Virus record (IMG/VR): IMGVR_UViG_3300044259_000026
Location: 9,786 to 73,785 of that record
DNA length: 64,000 bases
Reading direction: 5' to 3' (one strand)
From: a virus
Lineage: Duplodnaviria > Caudoviricetes
Position numbers and translations under genes: made by a program. The first letter of the stretch is position 1, and each line of letters opens with the position of its first letter. Below, one piece after another: positions 36,917 to 46,033 of the stretch. Below the pieces are notes generated by a model. It worked only from the letters and a program-made list of their open reading frames with translations, made no database searches and was not told the origin of the DNA.

Positions 36917-37111
36917 TTAGGCCAGCATGGCACCGACTTCGGTCAGACGCGAGCTGATGGCTTGAATGCCCTCAGCGACCGGGATTTCTTCCCCGGAACG
37001 CATGGTGACGATGGTGTCACCGTCCGAGCCGATCACCGAGGAGATGTCGTCGACGTTGAACAGGGAGGATTTGCCGGTAGCGTTGTTCTTCAGTTTGATG
37101 AATTGCGACAT
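36917..37111 (-). CDS. FlbD/SwrD-like small protein (64 aa)
   Basis: FIKL...LFNVDDISSV...DTIVTMRSGEEIPVAE pattern; GGAG RBS. Confidence 0.6.
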   Translation of the reverse strand: MSQFIKLKNNATGKSSLFNVDDISSVIGSDGDTIVTMRSGEEIPVAEGIQAISSRLTEVGAMLA

Positions 37112-37157
37112 TGTCTTACTCCAGTTGGTTAAGGGCGTCTTGCCCCCAGAAAAAGAT

Positions 37158-37400
37158 TTATGGGCAGCAGCGAGGACTGCCACCACAGTAGTACTTGTTC
37201 CCCTCGTAATTGACGGGGCCACGTCTCCCACAGCCACAGGTGGCTTGCACTTGGAAGATCCCATCTGCAAAGCAGATATCTTCCTTTCCACCCTCTGCAC
37301 ATGCTCCGCAGACCAACTCATAAGCCGGATCGAGGATCATCCAGCTATTTGGTTCGCCGCAGCACATGCAGGTTGCTTGGATAGTTTGTTCAGTAGTCAC
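37158..37400 (-). CDS. Cys-rich protein (80 aa, 11 Cys)
   Basis: GTG start inferred; repeated QATC units. Confidence 0.6.
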   Translation of the reverse strand: MTTEQTIQATCMCCGEPNSWMILDPAYELVCGACAEGGKEDICFADGIFQVQATCGCGRRGPVNYEGNKYYCGGSPRCCP

Positions 37401-37566
37401 TGCGCTTATCCCAGTGAGGGTTGTAGTGGACCATTGTGCTGGGAGAAGGTTGAACACCATTCTCCCGGCACAGTCTGGTCGCCTCGGCCATGGACCCTTT
37501 ACGGGCAGCACAGCGGTAGACCCGCTGTTGCCAGTTCCGATTACTGATCCGTACCACTACGCTCAT
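37390..37566 (-). CDS. Hypothetical protein (58 aa, MSVVVRISNRNW...), not in ORF track
   Basis: AAGGAG RBS; ATGA overlap with dcd stop. Confidence 0.6.
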   Translation of the reverse strand: MSVVVRISNRNWQQRVYRCAARKGSMAEATRLCRENGVQPSPSTMVHYNPHWDKRSDY

Positions 37567-38015
37567 ACCGACTCCTTGGCCCGAACTGGTCGGTTTCCTT
37601 GGTTCTGGTATTTACCATCGTAGCAAGCCTCTTCTGCGATTTTCTCGAAGATGACTTGGGCAATCCCACTACCGGCTTTGATCTTACGGGGCCAGAACCC
37701 CGAATAACGCAGCTCGATAGTCAGAAAGCCTTTCCACCCGGGCTCGATGTTGGTGGTCATGCTCGCGTCAATACCACGGCGTGCCCACGTCGATTTGTTC
37801 AACACCCGCCCCATCACTGTGGTGGGCATATTGAATTCCTCAACGGAGGACGCCAACACGAAGCGACGACCCCAGAACATCCAGACATCTTGCTTGATGC
37901 GGATGTCATAGCCACACTCAGTCAGGCCCCACGAGGTGCCATGAGTGGTTTGTTTGGTTCTGACCATGTTCTTGATCGGGGCCAGCTTGAGCAGTCCCAG
38001 CTTATTGATGATCAT
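37563..38015 (-). CDS. dcd: dCTP deaminase
   Basis: GYDIR, NKSTWARRG, NIEPGWKGFLTIEL. Confidence 0.88.
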   Translation of the reverse strand: MIINKLGLLKLAPIKNMVRTKQTTHGTSWGLTECGYDIRIKQDVWMFWGRRFVLASSVEEFNMPTTVMGRVLNKSTWARRGIDASMTTNIEPGWKGFLTIELRYSGFWPRKIKAGSGIAQVIFEKIAEEACYDGKYQNQGNRPVRAKESV

Positions 38016-38019
38016 TGGT

Positions 38020-39177
38020 TCAGCTCTTGATGTGAATTATGGTTCCGAACGGGACCGATCGATTGCGAGCATTCACGCCAATCCAGATAACTGGGGTTGG
38101 TGTTTCCAGCGGGTGCATCGGCGGGCAGTCCATATCCGAGAAGATGACGGCAGCAGTTGGCTTGAGCTTGTCAATCTCACGACGGACGCACTCAAAGGAC
38201 GTACCCCCACGACCAGTGATGACCAGTTTCTCAAAAGGCTCATCTTCTTCGAAGACAAACGTCTCTTGAATCTTGGTATCGAACAGGCACAGGGTGAGCG
38301 TCTTAGGATTCAGCACATCTTTGATGTACTTGATCTCGCTGTTGCATCGAACAACATCCGCATCAGAGACAGAGCCCGACACATCGATGAAGTAGGCCAG
38401 GTGTTCCAGCCTACCCTCACCGGGTTCCTGAGACGGCATGTACATGTCAGAGTAGCGACGGTTAGGTCGTCTCCAAGTGTACTCGTCATCATCCACAAGA
38501 TCGGTCATGAACTTCATGAGCAAGGTTTCCCACGGCACAATCGACTCAAGGAACTTGTCGAGAGTGGTCTTGGTGATACCGGGTATTTGCCCGGCACCGC
38601 CAGCCATGGTGGCTTGCTGAACAGCCCGCACCACGTTGCTGACAACAGCCTGCTTAGTGGCATCGGATGGGTTGTCACCCATGTCGCCGTCACCGGGTTG
38701 ACCGGGTACACCTCCCCCCAGTCCGGTAGGGGGCTTCAGGCCTTTGGCTTCCAGCAGGTTGTAGATATCCTCTTCAACCATGATGCCGTTAGCATCCACC
38801 TCAGGCATGATCCAACCGCTCTCGATACCCTTAAACGATTCGCCCTCACGTTTGAGGTCATTGTTAATCCGGATATCGCAAGCCCAGTTCCAGATCTCTG
38901 GATCCCGAGTGCCACGCCGGATCATATGCAATCGCCCCGGGTGCCACAGTTCATGCTTCAGGATGGTCACCCGAGCTTCTGGAAGGAGGCTCATGAACCA
39001 GTGAGGGTTCCACCAGAGGGTCAGACCATCAGTACCAGCGGTTTTTACTTCTTCGGTCCAGACAAAGGTTAGGGTACACATGATCGAACCGAGGAAAGCA
39101 GAGTTGCTACCAAGGAAGACCTTGGCCATGGTTTTGTCCAGCTCACGCTGGAGTAACTGGGGGTCTAATTCAGTCAC
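38020..39177 (-). CDS. vWA-domain putative metallopeptidase (DUF2201-like, N4 gp25 type)
   Basis: TAGTDG, HELWH (HExxH), MIDAS IDVSGS, GRGGT. Confidence 0.88.
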   Translation of the reverse strand: MTELDPQLLQRELDKTMAKVFLGSNSAFLGSIMCTLTFVWTEEVKTAGTDGLTLWWNPHWFMSLLPEARVTILKHELWHPGRLHMIRRGTRDPEIWNWACDIRINNDLKREGESFKGIESGWIMPEVDANGIMVEEDIYNLLEAKGLKPPTGLGGGVPGQPGDGDMGDNPSDATKQAVVSNVVRAVQQATMAGGAGQIPGITKTTLDKFLESIVPWETLLMKFMTDLVDDDEYTWRRPNRRYSDMYMPSQEPGEGRLEHLAYFIDVSGSVSDADVVRCNSEIKYIKDVLNPKTLTLCLFDTKIQETFVFEEDEPFEKLVITGRGGTSFECVRREIDKLKPTAAVIFSDMDCPPMHPLETPTPVIWIGVNARNRSVPFGTIIHIKS

Positions 39178-39532
39178 GGTAAACCTCTTCTTTCTGGATT
39201 GGCTCCCCGATAAGCCCTAGGAGCATGTTTTGAACAGCCTCCAGCTTCATTTGGGATTGTCCACGGACAAAGATGTACATCCTTTCTACTACCAAAGGGA
39301 TACTTTCCCGGTCCCGGACCCATGCACGGACGATATGCGTGGCAGAGGATTCTGCCACGGTCTCGATCTTGCCCAACTTATCCAATGAGATTCGTCGGTT
39401 GCTGGCAGTGATTACCGATGCTTGGGTGTATCTGGCAGGGACCACTACTACAGTAACTCTCGGAGGGTTTCCCGGTTTTCCCGGCTGGAATAGCACACGG
39501 AAAATTTCGTTCGGAAAGTTGGGCTTTTGCAT
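39170..39532 (-). CDS. Hypothetical protein (120 aa)
   Basis: ORF between the AAA and vWA genes; AAAGGT RBS. Confidence 0.65.
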   Translation of the reverse strand: MQKPNFPNEIFRVLFQPGKPGNPPRVTVVVVPARYTQASVITASNRRISLDKLGKIETVAESSATHIVRAWVRDRESIPLVVERMYIFVRGQSQMKLEAVQNMLLGLIGEPIQKEEVYRD

Positions 39533-39534
39533 GT

Positions 39535-40575
39535 TTAACCTTTGAGGTATTGGGCCAGATTGCGCATTGCCCCTGCGAAAGCCGCATGGGAACGCAGGTC
39601 AGGGTGGTTGACCATCACGGAGCGGTAGAACAGGACTTTGAAGGACATGTCGAACCGGTTGATGTATTCGGTTACAGGACCGAAGTTCTTCTCATCCACC
39701 TTTTCCATGATGGTCGAGATGGTTGCCCACTTGGTGGACACGTCCGAAGGCACCGGAGTACCCAGAGGATCCTTGAGGATCTGGGCCATGGTGACCAAGG
39801 AGGCGAACACTTTGGTGAACTGGATGAACTCGGTGGCTACACCGGAGGTGATGCAACCTGCGTACATCGGAGCATCTTCGTCCGAGACAACAGCCTCGTT
39901 ACGAACCATGCGCTCCATGAATTCCCATGTCCGTGGGCAGCAGAAGGTTTTGTCCTTGTGGCTGGAGCTGAAGTCCATCAGCTTGCTTGGGAACTGGCTC
40001 AGGAAGCCAACGACCCGAGGATCGTATTTCTGCTTCAAGGCGACATCGTACAGCCACTCGTCGAAGTCGATCACCATTTCCAGATGAACGACACGCGACT
40101 GCATGGCCGTCGAGAGAGCATTGACGATGGCCTTGTCGGTGGACAGGTTACCGGCACAGACGATGATGACGTTGTCATGCAGCTTGTGCTGACCGACCAT
40201 GCGGTCGAGGATCAGCTTGTACGAAGCGGCCTGAACCTGCTTGCTGGCCGAGTTGAACTCATCCAAGAACAGCAGCCAGCCGTCCTTGCCCGGTGGCAGT
40301 TCGTCACCTTGCAAGGGGAACAACTCACGGAACGGGGCGAAGGCAGCGAAGCCGTCCTTGAACCAAGGCAGACCGGTCATGTCCGTTGGTTCCGAGGTGG
40401 ACAGACGGTGGTCGATCAGCTCCAGATTGAAGTCTTCAGCGATGCTGCGGGTGATGGACGATTTGCCCATCCCCGGAGAGGATTGCAGGAACGGGACCAG
40501 ACCTGCGGTGAGGATCTTGGTCATCATGCGTTTGGCACCACGAGGGGTGCAGCGGTGAATCATGTGGTCAGTCAT
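39535..40575 (-). CDS. MoxR-like AAA+ ATPase (N4 gp24 type)
   Basis: SPGMGKS, LFLDEFN, ALSTAMQSR, CCPRTW. Confidence 0.9.
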   Translation of the reverse strand: MTDHMIHRCTPRGAKRMMTKILTAGLVPFLQSSPGMGKSSITRSIAEDFNLELIDHRLSTSEPTDMTGLPWFKDGFAAFAPFRELFPLQGDELPPGKDGWLLFLDEFNSASKQVQAASYKLILDRMVGQHKLHDNVIIVCAGNLSTDKAIVNALSTAMQSRVVHLEMVIDFDEWLYDVALKQKYDPRVVGFLSQFPSKLMDFSSSHKDKTFCCPRTWEFMERMVRNEAVVSDEDAPMYAGCITSGVATEFIQFTKVFASLVTMAQILKDPLGTPVPSDVSTKWATISTIMEKVDEKNFGPVTEYINRFDMSFKVLFYRSVMVNHPDLRSHAAFAGAMRNLAQYLKG

Positions 40576-40582
40576 AACTGCC

Positions 40583-40927
40583 TCAGCAAGAACAGGAGAA
40601 GAAGTGAGATTCCTCTACTTCATCGAGGGATTTTCCTTTCAGGACGGCGTACTTTTCCCAAAACATGGGTTCAACGCCTTGACCTTCGAAGGCACCGCCT
40701 CGGGTGATGTAATCACCACCCCAGCGAGAATTGCTTTCAGGTTGGTGAGAGTCTGCAGTGTCCAGAAGCTCGTCCACAGTGACCTCGCTGGAGGAGTATT
40801 CCTCATCCGCACACTGGTCAGACAGGTTCTTGGCATACGCCTTGATCCATTCATAGGCCAGAGCTTGAGGATCCCCACAGATCACACGAGCTTCGTGCTC
40901 GTCTTCAGGGTAAGGAAGATGGCTCAT
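40583..40927 (-). CDS. Hypothetical protein (114 aa)
   Basis: GAGGG RBS; TAATG overlap. Confidence 0.7.
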   Translation of the reverse strand: MSHLPYPEDEHEARVICGDPQALAYEWIKAYAKNLSDQCADEEYSSSEVTVDELLDTADSHQPESNSRWGGDYITRGGAFEGQGVEPMFWEKYAVLKGKSLDEVEESHFFSCSC

Positions 40928-41265
40928 TACTTACCCTCAGGGAAATCCGGGTGCTCCCAGACGTGACGCAGGGACTTGACCATGCGAGGGGCCATGACGA
41001 ACCAGAAGGATTCATCCTTCTTTGGGCCTCTGGGCAGGAACGGATCGACGATGCCGTGGTATGGAACTTTGACCCCGAAGATCAAGCTCCCTGTCGGATA
41101 GGCAATACCTTCGAGGATGCCGATCTTCTCACCTACAATCAGGTTGGATCCGGCTTTGACAGGATCGACAGCCAAGTGAATGGCGTCACGGGCTTCAGGC
41201 TTGAAATGGATCATGCCCAAGGTTTCGAGGGCATCGGTTGCAACGGTGCGTTTGTCTGCGGACAT
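40927..41265 (-). CDS. Hypothetical protein (112 aa)
   Basis: AGGAG RBS. Confidence 0.7.
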   Translation of the reverse strand: MSADKRTVATDALETLGMIHFKPEARDAIHLAVDPVKAGSNLIVGEKIGILEGIAYPTGSLIFGVKVPYHGIVDPFLPRGPKKDESFWFVMAPRMVKSLRHVWEHPDFPEGK

Positions 41266-41319
41266 CTTTTCTGCTCCTAAGCATCTTGAAAGGGATTTAA
41301 AACCAAAACAGCTTTACCG

Positions 41320-41817
41320 TTACTTGAAGAGCCCGTGGCGGTCGAAGTCACGGACCACACGTTCAACATCAGAGATCCACTCTCCAACGGTGAAAGCTTC
41401 CAAGATCTCTGCTCCGTTAAAGACGAAGGACTGACCAGCATCCGTCAAGCATTCGTAAGCCGGATACTCTCCGTAAGGGTTTTCTTCACAGACAAACTCC
41501 GGAGATTTGAGAGTCTTTACTTTGATGATGTGGGCATTGCCCGTACGACGACCGTCTTTGGTACACAACTGGGCGCCGGGGAGCATTTCATACCCCCAAT
41601 TTCGGTCCTTAGCCCATTCAGGGATAGGCCCACAAGATTGCTGGAATTCGTACATCGCACGCTTGGCTGCGACTACGCTTGGCTCGGAAGCGGCGTCTTT
41701 ACAGCCTGCATCTTCGAGGAGCCCTTCGTAGTTTTCCATGATGTTGCGAAGAGCCAGATAGAGCTTGGTGTCGAGGTTCTGGAAGTCGAACTTCTCACCC
41801 GGTTCAGGTGTGTACAT
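41320..41817 (-). CDS. Hypothetical protein (165 aa)
   Basis: AAGGAG RBS before ATG 41817. Confidence 0.7.
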   Translation of the reverse strand: MYTPEPGEKFDFQNLDTKLYLALRNIMENYEGLLEDAGCKDAASEPSVVAAKRAMYEFQQSCGPIPEWAKDRNWGYEMLPGAQLCTKDGRRTGNAHIIKVKTLKSPEFVCEENPYGEYPAYECLTDAGQSFVFNGAEILEAFTVGEWISDVERVVRDFDRHGLFK

Positions 41818-41849
41818 AGTGGAACTCCTTGAGAATTTAGGGAGGGGAA

Positions 41850-41875
41850 CAACCCCCAGCAAAAGCTGAGGGTTG
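41850..41875 (-). repeat. Intergenic hairpin, copy 2 (CAACCCTCAGC-TTTT-GCTGGGGGTTG)
   Basis: Inverted repeat whose arms are shared with 32260-32285. Confidence 0.55.
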
Positions 41876-41880
41876 TCTTA

Positions 41881-42063
41881 CTACTCTGAGGTCGCAGCCT
41901 TGAGGGCACCGAACAGCTTCATTCGGTTGGTTCGATCTTGGGGATCTTCCCGGTCCAACTCATCGGCATGCAGCGGGTTCTGCATGAGGGTTTGCAGCCA
42001 CATGGCTTCCTCATGGGTCAGTTCCAGCTTGTAGACCACGGTCGTGTTTTTGATAACTTTCAT
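41881..42063 (-). CDS. Hypothetical protein (60 aa)
   Basis: Starts 1 nt after upstream stop. Confidence 0.6.
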   Translation of the reverse strand: MKVIKNTTVVYKLELTHEEAMWLQTLMQNPLHADELDREDPQDRTNRMKLFGALKAATSE

Positions 42064-42064
42064 G

Positions 42065-42346
42065 CTACTCACCTGCGGAAGGGGCACCTTGATAGGGCCG
42101 AGTTTCAGGATATTGGTCGGTGAGGTCGGAGAACATCGAACCGAATCTCCAACTCATAAAGCCCGGACTCATGTCCTGTACTACTTCCACCAGACGACCT
42201 ACGTCCTCCGGTTCAAAGGTGTAGTCGTACTGCCCCAAGTACATCTCTTGGGTAACCCCCACATCTTCTGCCTCAACGAGGAAGGCAATGCGGGAGGAAT
42301 CGATGGGGTCTGTCACATAGCGACGACCGTTGTTCAACTGCTTCAT
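42065..42346 (-). CDS. Hypothetical protein (93 aa)
   Basis: TAATG overlap. Confidence 0.65.
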   Translation of the reverse strand: MKQLNNGRRYVTDPIDSSRIAFLVEAEDVGVTQEMYLGQYDYTFEPEDVGRLVEVVQDMSPGFMSWRFGSMFSDLTDQYPETRPYQGAPSAGE

Positions 42347-42726
42347 TACTTACCTTCCCAACAGTCGAGGCATACAGCTCCACGGATCGGCCCGCCCATA
42401 CCACGGATGATTTTATGGCAATTTGTACAGGACACGATTGCGGCGGTGGCGATCATACCTTCCTTGATTGGGTAGATAGCCTTGCCATCTACTCGATAGC
42501 CGAGAGCCTTTGGCTCGTTTGCTTCCTTTTTAGCATCCCGTGCTTGGTGGTCAGTCCACCATTGGGTAAGACCCGAGATCTCCTTACCCAAAACCAAACG
42601 GTTTTCTGGACTGATCCGCTTCATCACAGCACACAGCATCTCTGCTACAGGGCTGTTGTGGGTGAAGCTTTCCAGAGCTTCTGCTCGGACGTTTTCCGAA
42701 CTGTCACGCGGGTCATAGCAAGGCAT
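42346..42726 (-). CDS. Hypothetical protein with C-terminal CxxC...CxxC (126 aa)
   Basis: AAGGAG RBS; MPCYDPR start; CTNC...CLDC. Confidence 0.65.
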   Translation of the reverse strand: MPCYDPRDSSENVRAEALESFTHNSPVAEMLCAVMKRISPENRLVLGKEISGLTQWWTDHQARDAKKEANEPKALGYRVDGKAIYPIKEGMIATAAIVSCTNCHKIIRGMGGPIRGAVCLDCWEGK

Positions 42727-43076
42727 TATTGATTCTCCTTGGCTCGCTGTGCTCGGAGCCGTTGGTTGCGCAGATGGCTGACCATCTCCAGATGGTAAGG
42801 ATTGCAGCACAGGCGCTGATTGCACTTGTGATCGATTTGCTTCTTGCCGGGTACATACCCAAAGAAATGGGTATAAACGACAATGTGGGTGGCTACCGTC
42901 TGTCCATTCAGAGACATACGTCCATAGCCACCACCACGACCTTGGCCAGAGTCAGCACCAGTCCAGATATGGCATGGGGTGTCATAACCCCGATCCTCCA
43001 CGACAACACGTTCATGGATGCGTAGCATGATTTCATCTCTTCGCCCCATGAGTTCGGTGGTGTCAATGTTGAGCAT
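42726..43076 (-). CDS. HNH endonuclease
   Basis: CHIWTGA...GYG...IDHKCNQRLCCNPYHL. Confidence 0.88.
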   Translation of the reverse strand: MLNIDTTELMGRRDEIMLRIHERVVVEDRGYDTPCHIWTGADSGQGRGGGYGRMSLNGQTVATHIVVYTHFFGYVPGKKQIDHKCNQRLCCNPYHLEMVSHLRNQRLRAQRAKENQ

Positions 43077-43275
43077 TGCCGTCACGGCCAACCTCCACAC
43101 GCTGGTCGAGGTCTACGAACCAACGCTCCAGACGGCCAGTGTTGTCTACAACAACCCAAGCACCAGAATCGTCGATGTACTGGAAGTGGTGGTCACCCTT
43201 CTCGGAGTGAGTCAGGGTGTCGCCACGGGTGAGCTTTCCTTCCTCGTAAAGCTCTTTGAGGATGACGTGTGTCAC
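43063..43275 (-). CDS. Hypothetical protein (70 aa)
   Basis: AGGAG RBS, GTG start. Confidence 0.55.
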   Translation of the reverse strand: MTHVILKELYEEGKLTRGDTLTHSEKGDHHFQYIDDSGAWVVVDNTGRLERWFVDLDQRVEVGRDGNAQH

Positions 43276-43289
43276 TTTCCTATCTCCTA

Positions 43290-43320
43290 AAAGCAGAAAC
43301 CCCTGCACTAGGCAGGGGTC
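43290..43320 (-). terminator. Terminator-like hairpin
   Basis: ACCCCTGC-ACTAG-GCAGGGGT. Confidence 0.65.
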
Positions 43321-43501
43321 TGTGTTTGATTAAACCCAAACAAATCTAGCTTTGGGCTGGCGCTGCAATTTGTGGTGGAGCAATGGAAGCTGCCCAAGCC
43401 TGTACGAATTCGACAATGGCCTTCTGTCCAGCCTCTGTCTCCATGAATGCCGGTAGCTCCTTGATCCGGCATGTGAAGATCACCTTCCCGCAGTAACCCC
43501 A

Positions 43502-43535
43502 GAAAAAAGAAGCCCTCCATAAGGAGGGCTTTTTC
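43502..43535. terminator. Rho-independent terminator
   Basis: AAGCCCTCC-ATAA-GGAGGGCTT with flanking A and T tracts. Confidence 0.8.
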
Positions 43536-43536
43536 G

Positions 43537-44031
43537 TTACGAGGTAACTTTCGGGGTTACCGTCACCTTGGCCCATCGCCACAGGTGAGGAGCCGACAGG
43601 GACGTGACGCGAACACGGGTTTCACCACGAGCCAGACCGCTGACTGCACCGTCGTGATCCACACGAGCAATCTTCTCGTTCTCGATGAAGTAGAGCATGC
43701 GGCTGTCACTGACAGCAGTTGGGGTGATGGTGCCTACTAGAGTCTTGGTCTCACCCTCTTTGACCGAAATGTCGTTGATGGTCATGGAAGTAGGGACTAC
43801 CAGCCCCGGCCACGAGATCTTGATGCCTTGCATGTCTTCGACTTTCTGCGCGTACAGCTTTTCCTGAACGTGCTGGTAGATGACATGGCTGCCCATGTTG
43901 CGGGAAATGGCATCGGTGAGATCCGGGTGATCGAACGTGCCGATCAGAGTAAAACCTCCCGGGGTAGCTGCTGCAGCAGCCGCGACTTGTACTTCACGGG
44001 TGGAAGCTTTCCAGAATACTTTGTATTGCAT
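43537..44031 (-). CDS. Ig-like (Big_2) capsid decoration protein, N4 gp17 position
   Basis: LIGTFDH N-terminal motif; Big_2 pattern VKEGETKTL..TITP...IARVD..G.VSGLARGETRVRVT. Confidence 0.8.
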   Translation of the reverse strand: MQYKVFWKASTREVQVAAAAAATPGGFTLIGTFDHPDLTDAISRNMGSHVIYQHVQEKLYAQKVEDMQGIKISWPGLVVPTSMTINDISVKEGETKTLVGTITPTAVSDSRMLYFIENEKIARVDHDGAVSGLARGETRVRVTSLSAPHLWRWAKVTVTPKVTS

Positions 44032-44043
44032 TGGATTGACCTC

Positions 44044-44075
44044 AAAAAATAAAGGGACACTCCTAAGAGTGTCCC
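44044..44075 (-). terminator. Rho-independent terminator
   Basis: GGGACACTC-CTAA-GAGTGTCCC with minus-strand T-tract. Confidence 0.8.
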
Positions 44076-44082
44076 AAGTTTA

Positions 44083-45285
44083 TCAGCAGAGTGCGTAATC
44101 AGCTTCCAGAATCTGATCGATCATGGTCGGGTCCAGTTTGCCGATCTCCACTTCTTGTCCCATGAGCTGAGACAAGATGCTCGACAGCAAGTTCGACTTG
44201 GCAATCAGATGCAGTTGCAGGTTGTACTGCTTACGCAGGTCGTTGCCGTAGTTAGGCAGGCAACGGAAGCAATCGTGAATCGAGATCACTTCGAACGGCT
44301 TTTCAGGCAGAGAGTCGATCAACTCACGCACTACGTCTTCATTCACCAGATGCACGTTCTCCGAGGCGAGGTGGTCCAGAATACGAGCAGACAGGTAGCC
44401 AGTCTTCTCGTAGTGGTTCCACAGGACACGAACCATGACAGCATTTTCATCCTCTGCATCGTAGTCCTCGGTTGCCGGGTAGGCGAATGCATTGAGGATG
44501 CGGATGATGGCAGCTCGGTCGTACATGCAACGGCGGGCCATTTCACGGACGATCATACCGTCGATGCTGTGAGTGGTATTGGCTCCCAGCGAACGGCCTT
44601 TTTCGGTTGGACGGTTGATCTGAGTGGTGATGTCGAACGGCATGCCGTCGAAATGCACAGTCTCAACTTCTGGCCCCATGACCTTGGTACGTACATGCCA
44701 GTTGTCTGGCAGTACCCAGTTGTAGACCAGAGCCTCAGGGTTCCAGATCTGGAGGTAGAACTGGTTGAGGTCCCATGCACCCGGGCAGTGCAGCTGCATC
44801 ATCTCGTAGAAGGTATACAGCAGGATCCCTTCACCGAATACTTTCTTTGGTTCAGCTTCGGAGCCGTAGAGCGAGGTCATGATTGCAGTCTTGGTCTTCG
44901 ACCGATCGATCTTGGCGCCTTCACCCAGCTTGTCTGCCATGAACTGGTAGATGGAGGTGTAGGCGTCTTCACGACGGCCAGTGCTGACTACGTTGCACAG
45001 CTCAGCCGAGCTACGGTCACAGGTCAATGCAGCAAGGATCTGCAAGCCAGAGCACGTAGCGTCCAGCGAGATCGGGTAACCCGAAGCCTTGCCAGCTTTG
45101 ACATCTTCCCAAGCTTGAACGCCTGCGAAGAACAGGGCAGGTTCCTTGGCCTGAGGCAGCATGTCCATAAGCTCATGCTCGTGGTCGTTGAACCACTGTT
45201 GGCGGACAGACCACTCTTTGTTGTCCAGACCGAACGATGCTGCGATGTCCATTTGCAGGTAGGCTTTACCGGTGAACAGTTCCAT
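44083..45285 (-). CDS. RNAP2: RNA polymerase II subunit 2 (N4 gp16 type)
   Basis: Motif A LDATCSGLQ; motif B RSKTKTAIMTSLYG; motif C IHDCF. Confidence 0.93.
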   Translation of the reverse strand: MELFTGKAYLQMDIAASFGLDNKEWSVRQQWFNDHEHELMDMLPQAKEPALFFAGVQAWEDVKAGKASGYPISLDATCSGLQILAALTCDRSSAELCNVVSTGRREDAYTSIYQFMADKLGEGAKIDRSKTKTAIMTSLYGSEAEPKKVFGEGILLYTFYEMMQLHCPGAWDLNQFYLQIWNPEALVYNWVLPDNWHVRTKVMGPEVETVHFDGMPFDITTQINRPTEKGRSLGANTTHSIDGMIVREMARRCMYDRAAIIRILNAFAYPATEDYDAEDENAVMVRVLWNHYEKTGYLSARILDHLASENVHLVNEDVVRELIDSLPEKPFEVISIHDCFRCLPNYGNDLRKQYNLQLHLIAKSNLLSSILSQLMGQEVEIGKLDPTMIDQILEADYALC

Positions 45286-45326
45286 GCGTCTTACTCCTAA
45301 TGTGAGTTGCTTATTTGGAAAGGGGA

Positions 45327-45833
45327 TTATTCAGTTGGGTTGTAGAACCAGTGATACCACTTCCACTTCTTAGGTGGGTCCAGGTCGCAGCGGGCATCCA
45401 TGGCAGCACGCTCGTCTGCCAAGCGTACTGCTTTATTGGTGTAATCTTCTCGCTGTTCCCATAGTTGAGTGAAACCTTCTCTGGAGTACTCTCCAGTACG
45501 CACTTTCATCATGTCTGTATTGAATCGATGCTCTCCTTTGTTGTCTTCAGAGAACAGATGCTTCCAGCGCTCCAGTTGCTCGTCATAGAAGGACGGATAC
45601 CACTCTTCTATCCGTGCAAGCTCTAGTGCTTTATAGGCCTGATTGATCGCATTTTGCTTATCCTCCGAGTTGTATCGGGAGATGGACAACTTCCCCTCAT
45701 TGGTTCGGGTAGTTAGCTCAGCTTCCCAGTAATCTGGACCATCTCCTCGAACTGTACGCCTCAGGGAGATAGTCTTGTGGATGTCCACTGGGGAAATCAA
45801 TTTGATGCGGATAGTTGCTTTGGCAATACTCAT
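45327..45833 (-). CDS. Hypothetical protein (168 aa) between RNAP II subunits
   Basis: ATGA overlap; AGGTGG RBS. Confidence 0.65.
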   Translation of the reverse strand: MSIAKATIRIKLISPVDIHKTISLRRTVRGDGPDYWEAELTTRTNEGKLSISRYNSEDKQNAINQAYKALELARIEEWYPSFYDEQLERWKHLFSEDNKGEHRFNTDMMKVRTGEYSREGFTQLWEQREDYTNKAVRLADERAAMDARCDLDPPKKWKWYHWFYNPTE

Positions 45834-46033
45834 TCGACCACCTCAACAGTGATTTTGACGATACGTGCTTTACTGAAGCCACCATCCATACGGTTGGATG
45901 CTAGCTTATTAGCAGACCGGAGGTAACTCTCGGCAGTTTTGAGATCAGGCAGATTTCGTTGCCATATTTGCCACTCACGCTTGCCTGTACTTCGGTTTTT
46001 ATAGAATCCTTCGATACCGTAAGTTACGCTCAT
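45830..46033 (-). CDS. Hypothetical protein (67 aa) between RNAP II subunits
   Basis: ATGA overlaps at both ends. Confidence 0.65.
   Translation of the reverse strand: MSVTYGIEGFYKNRSTGKREWQIWQRNLPDLKTAESYLRSANKLASNRMDGGFSKARIVKITVEVVE

Noticed and set aside
15636-43320. ACTAG/CTAGT loops shared by three terminators (15650, 33252, 43307)
   Set aside because: Five-base coincidence in different orientations; too weak to claim a function.
43346-43582. 78-aa minus-strand ORF
   Set aside because: Crosses a strong terminator. A shorter ORF of about 45 aa is possible but lacks a well-spaced RBS.
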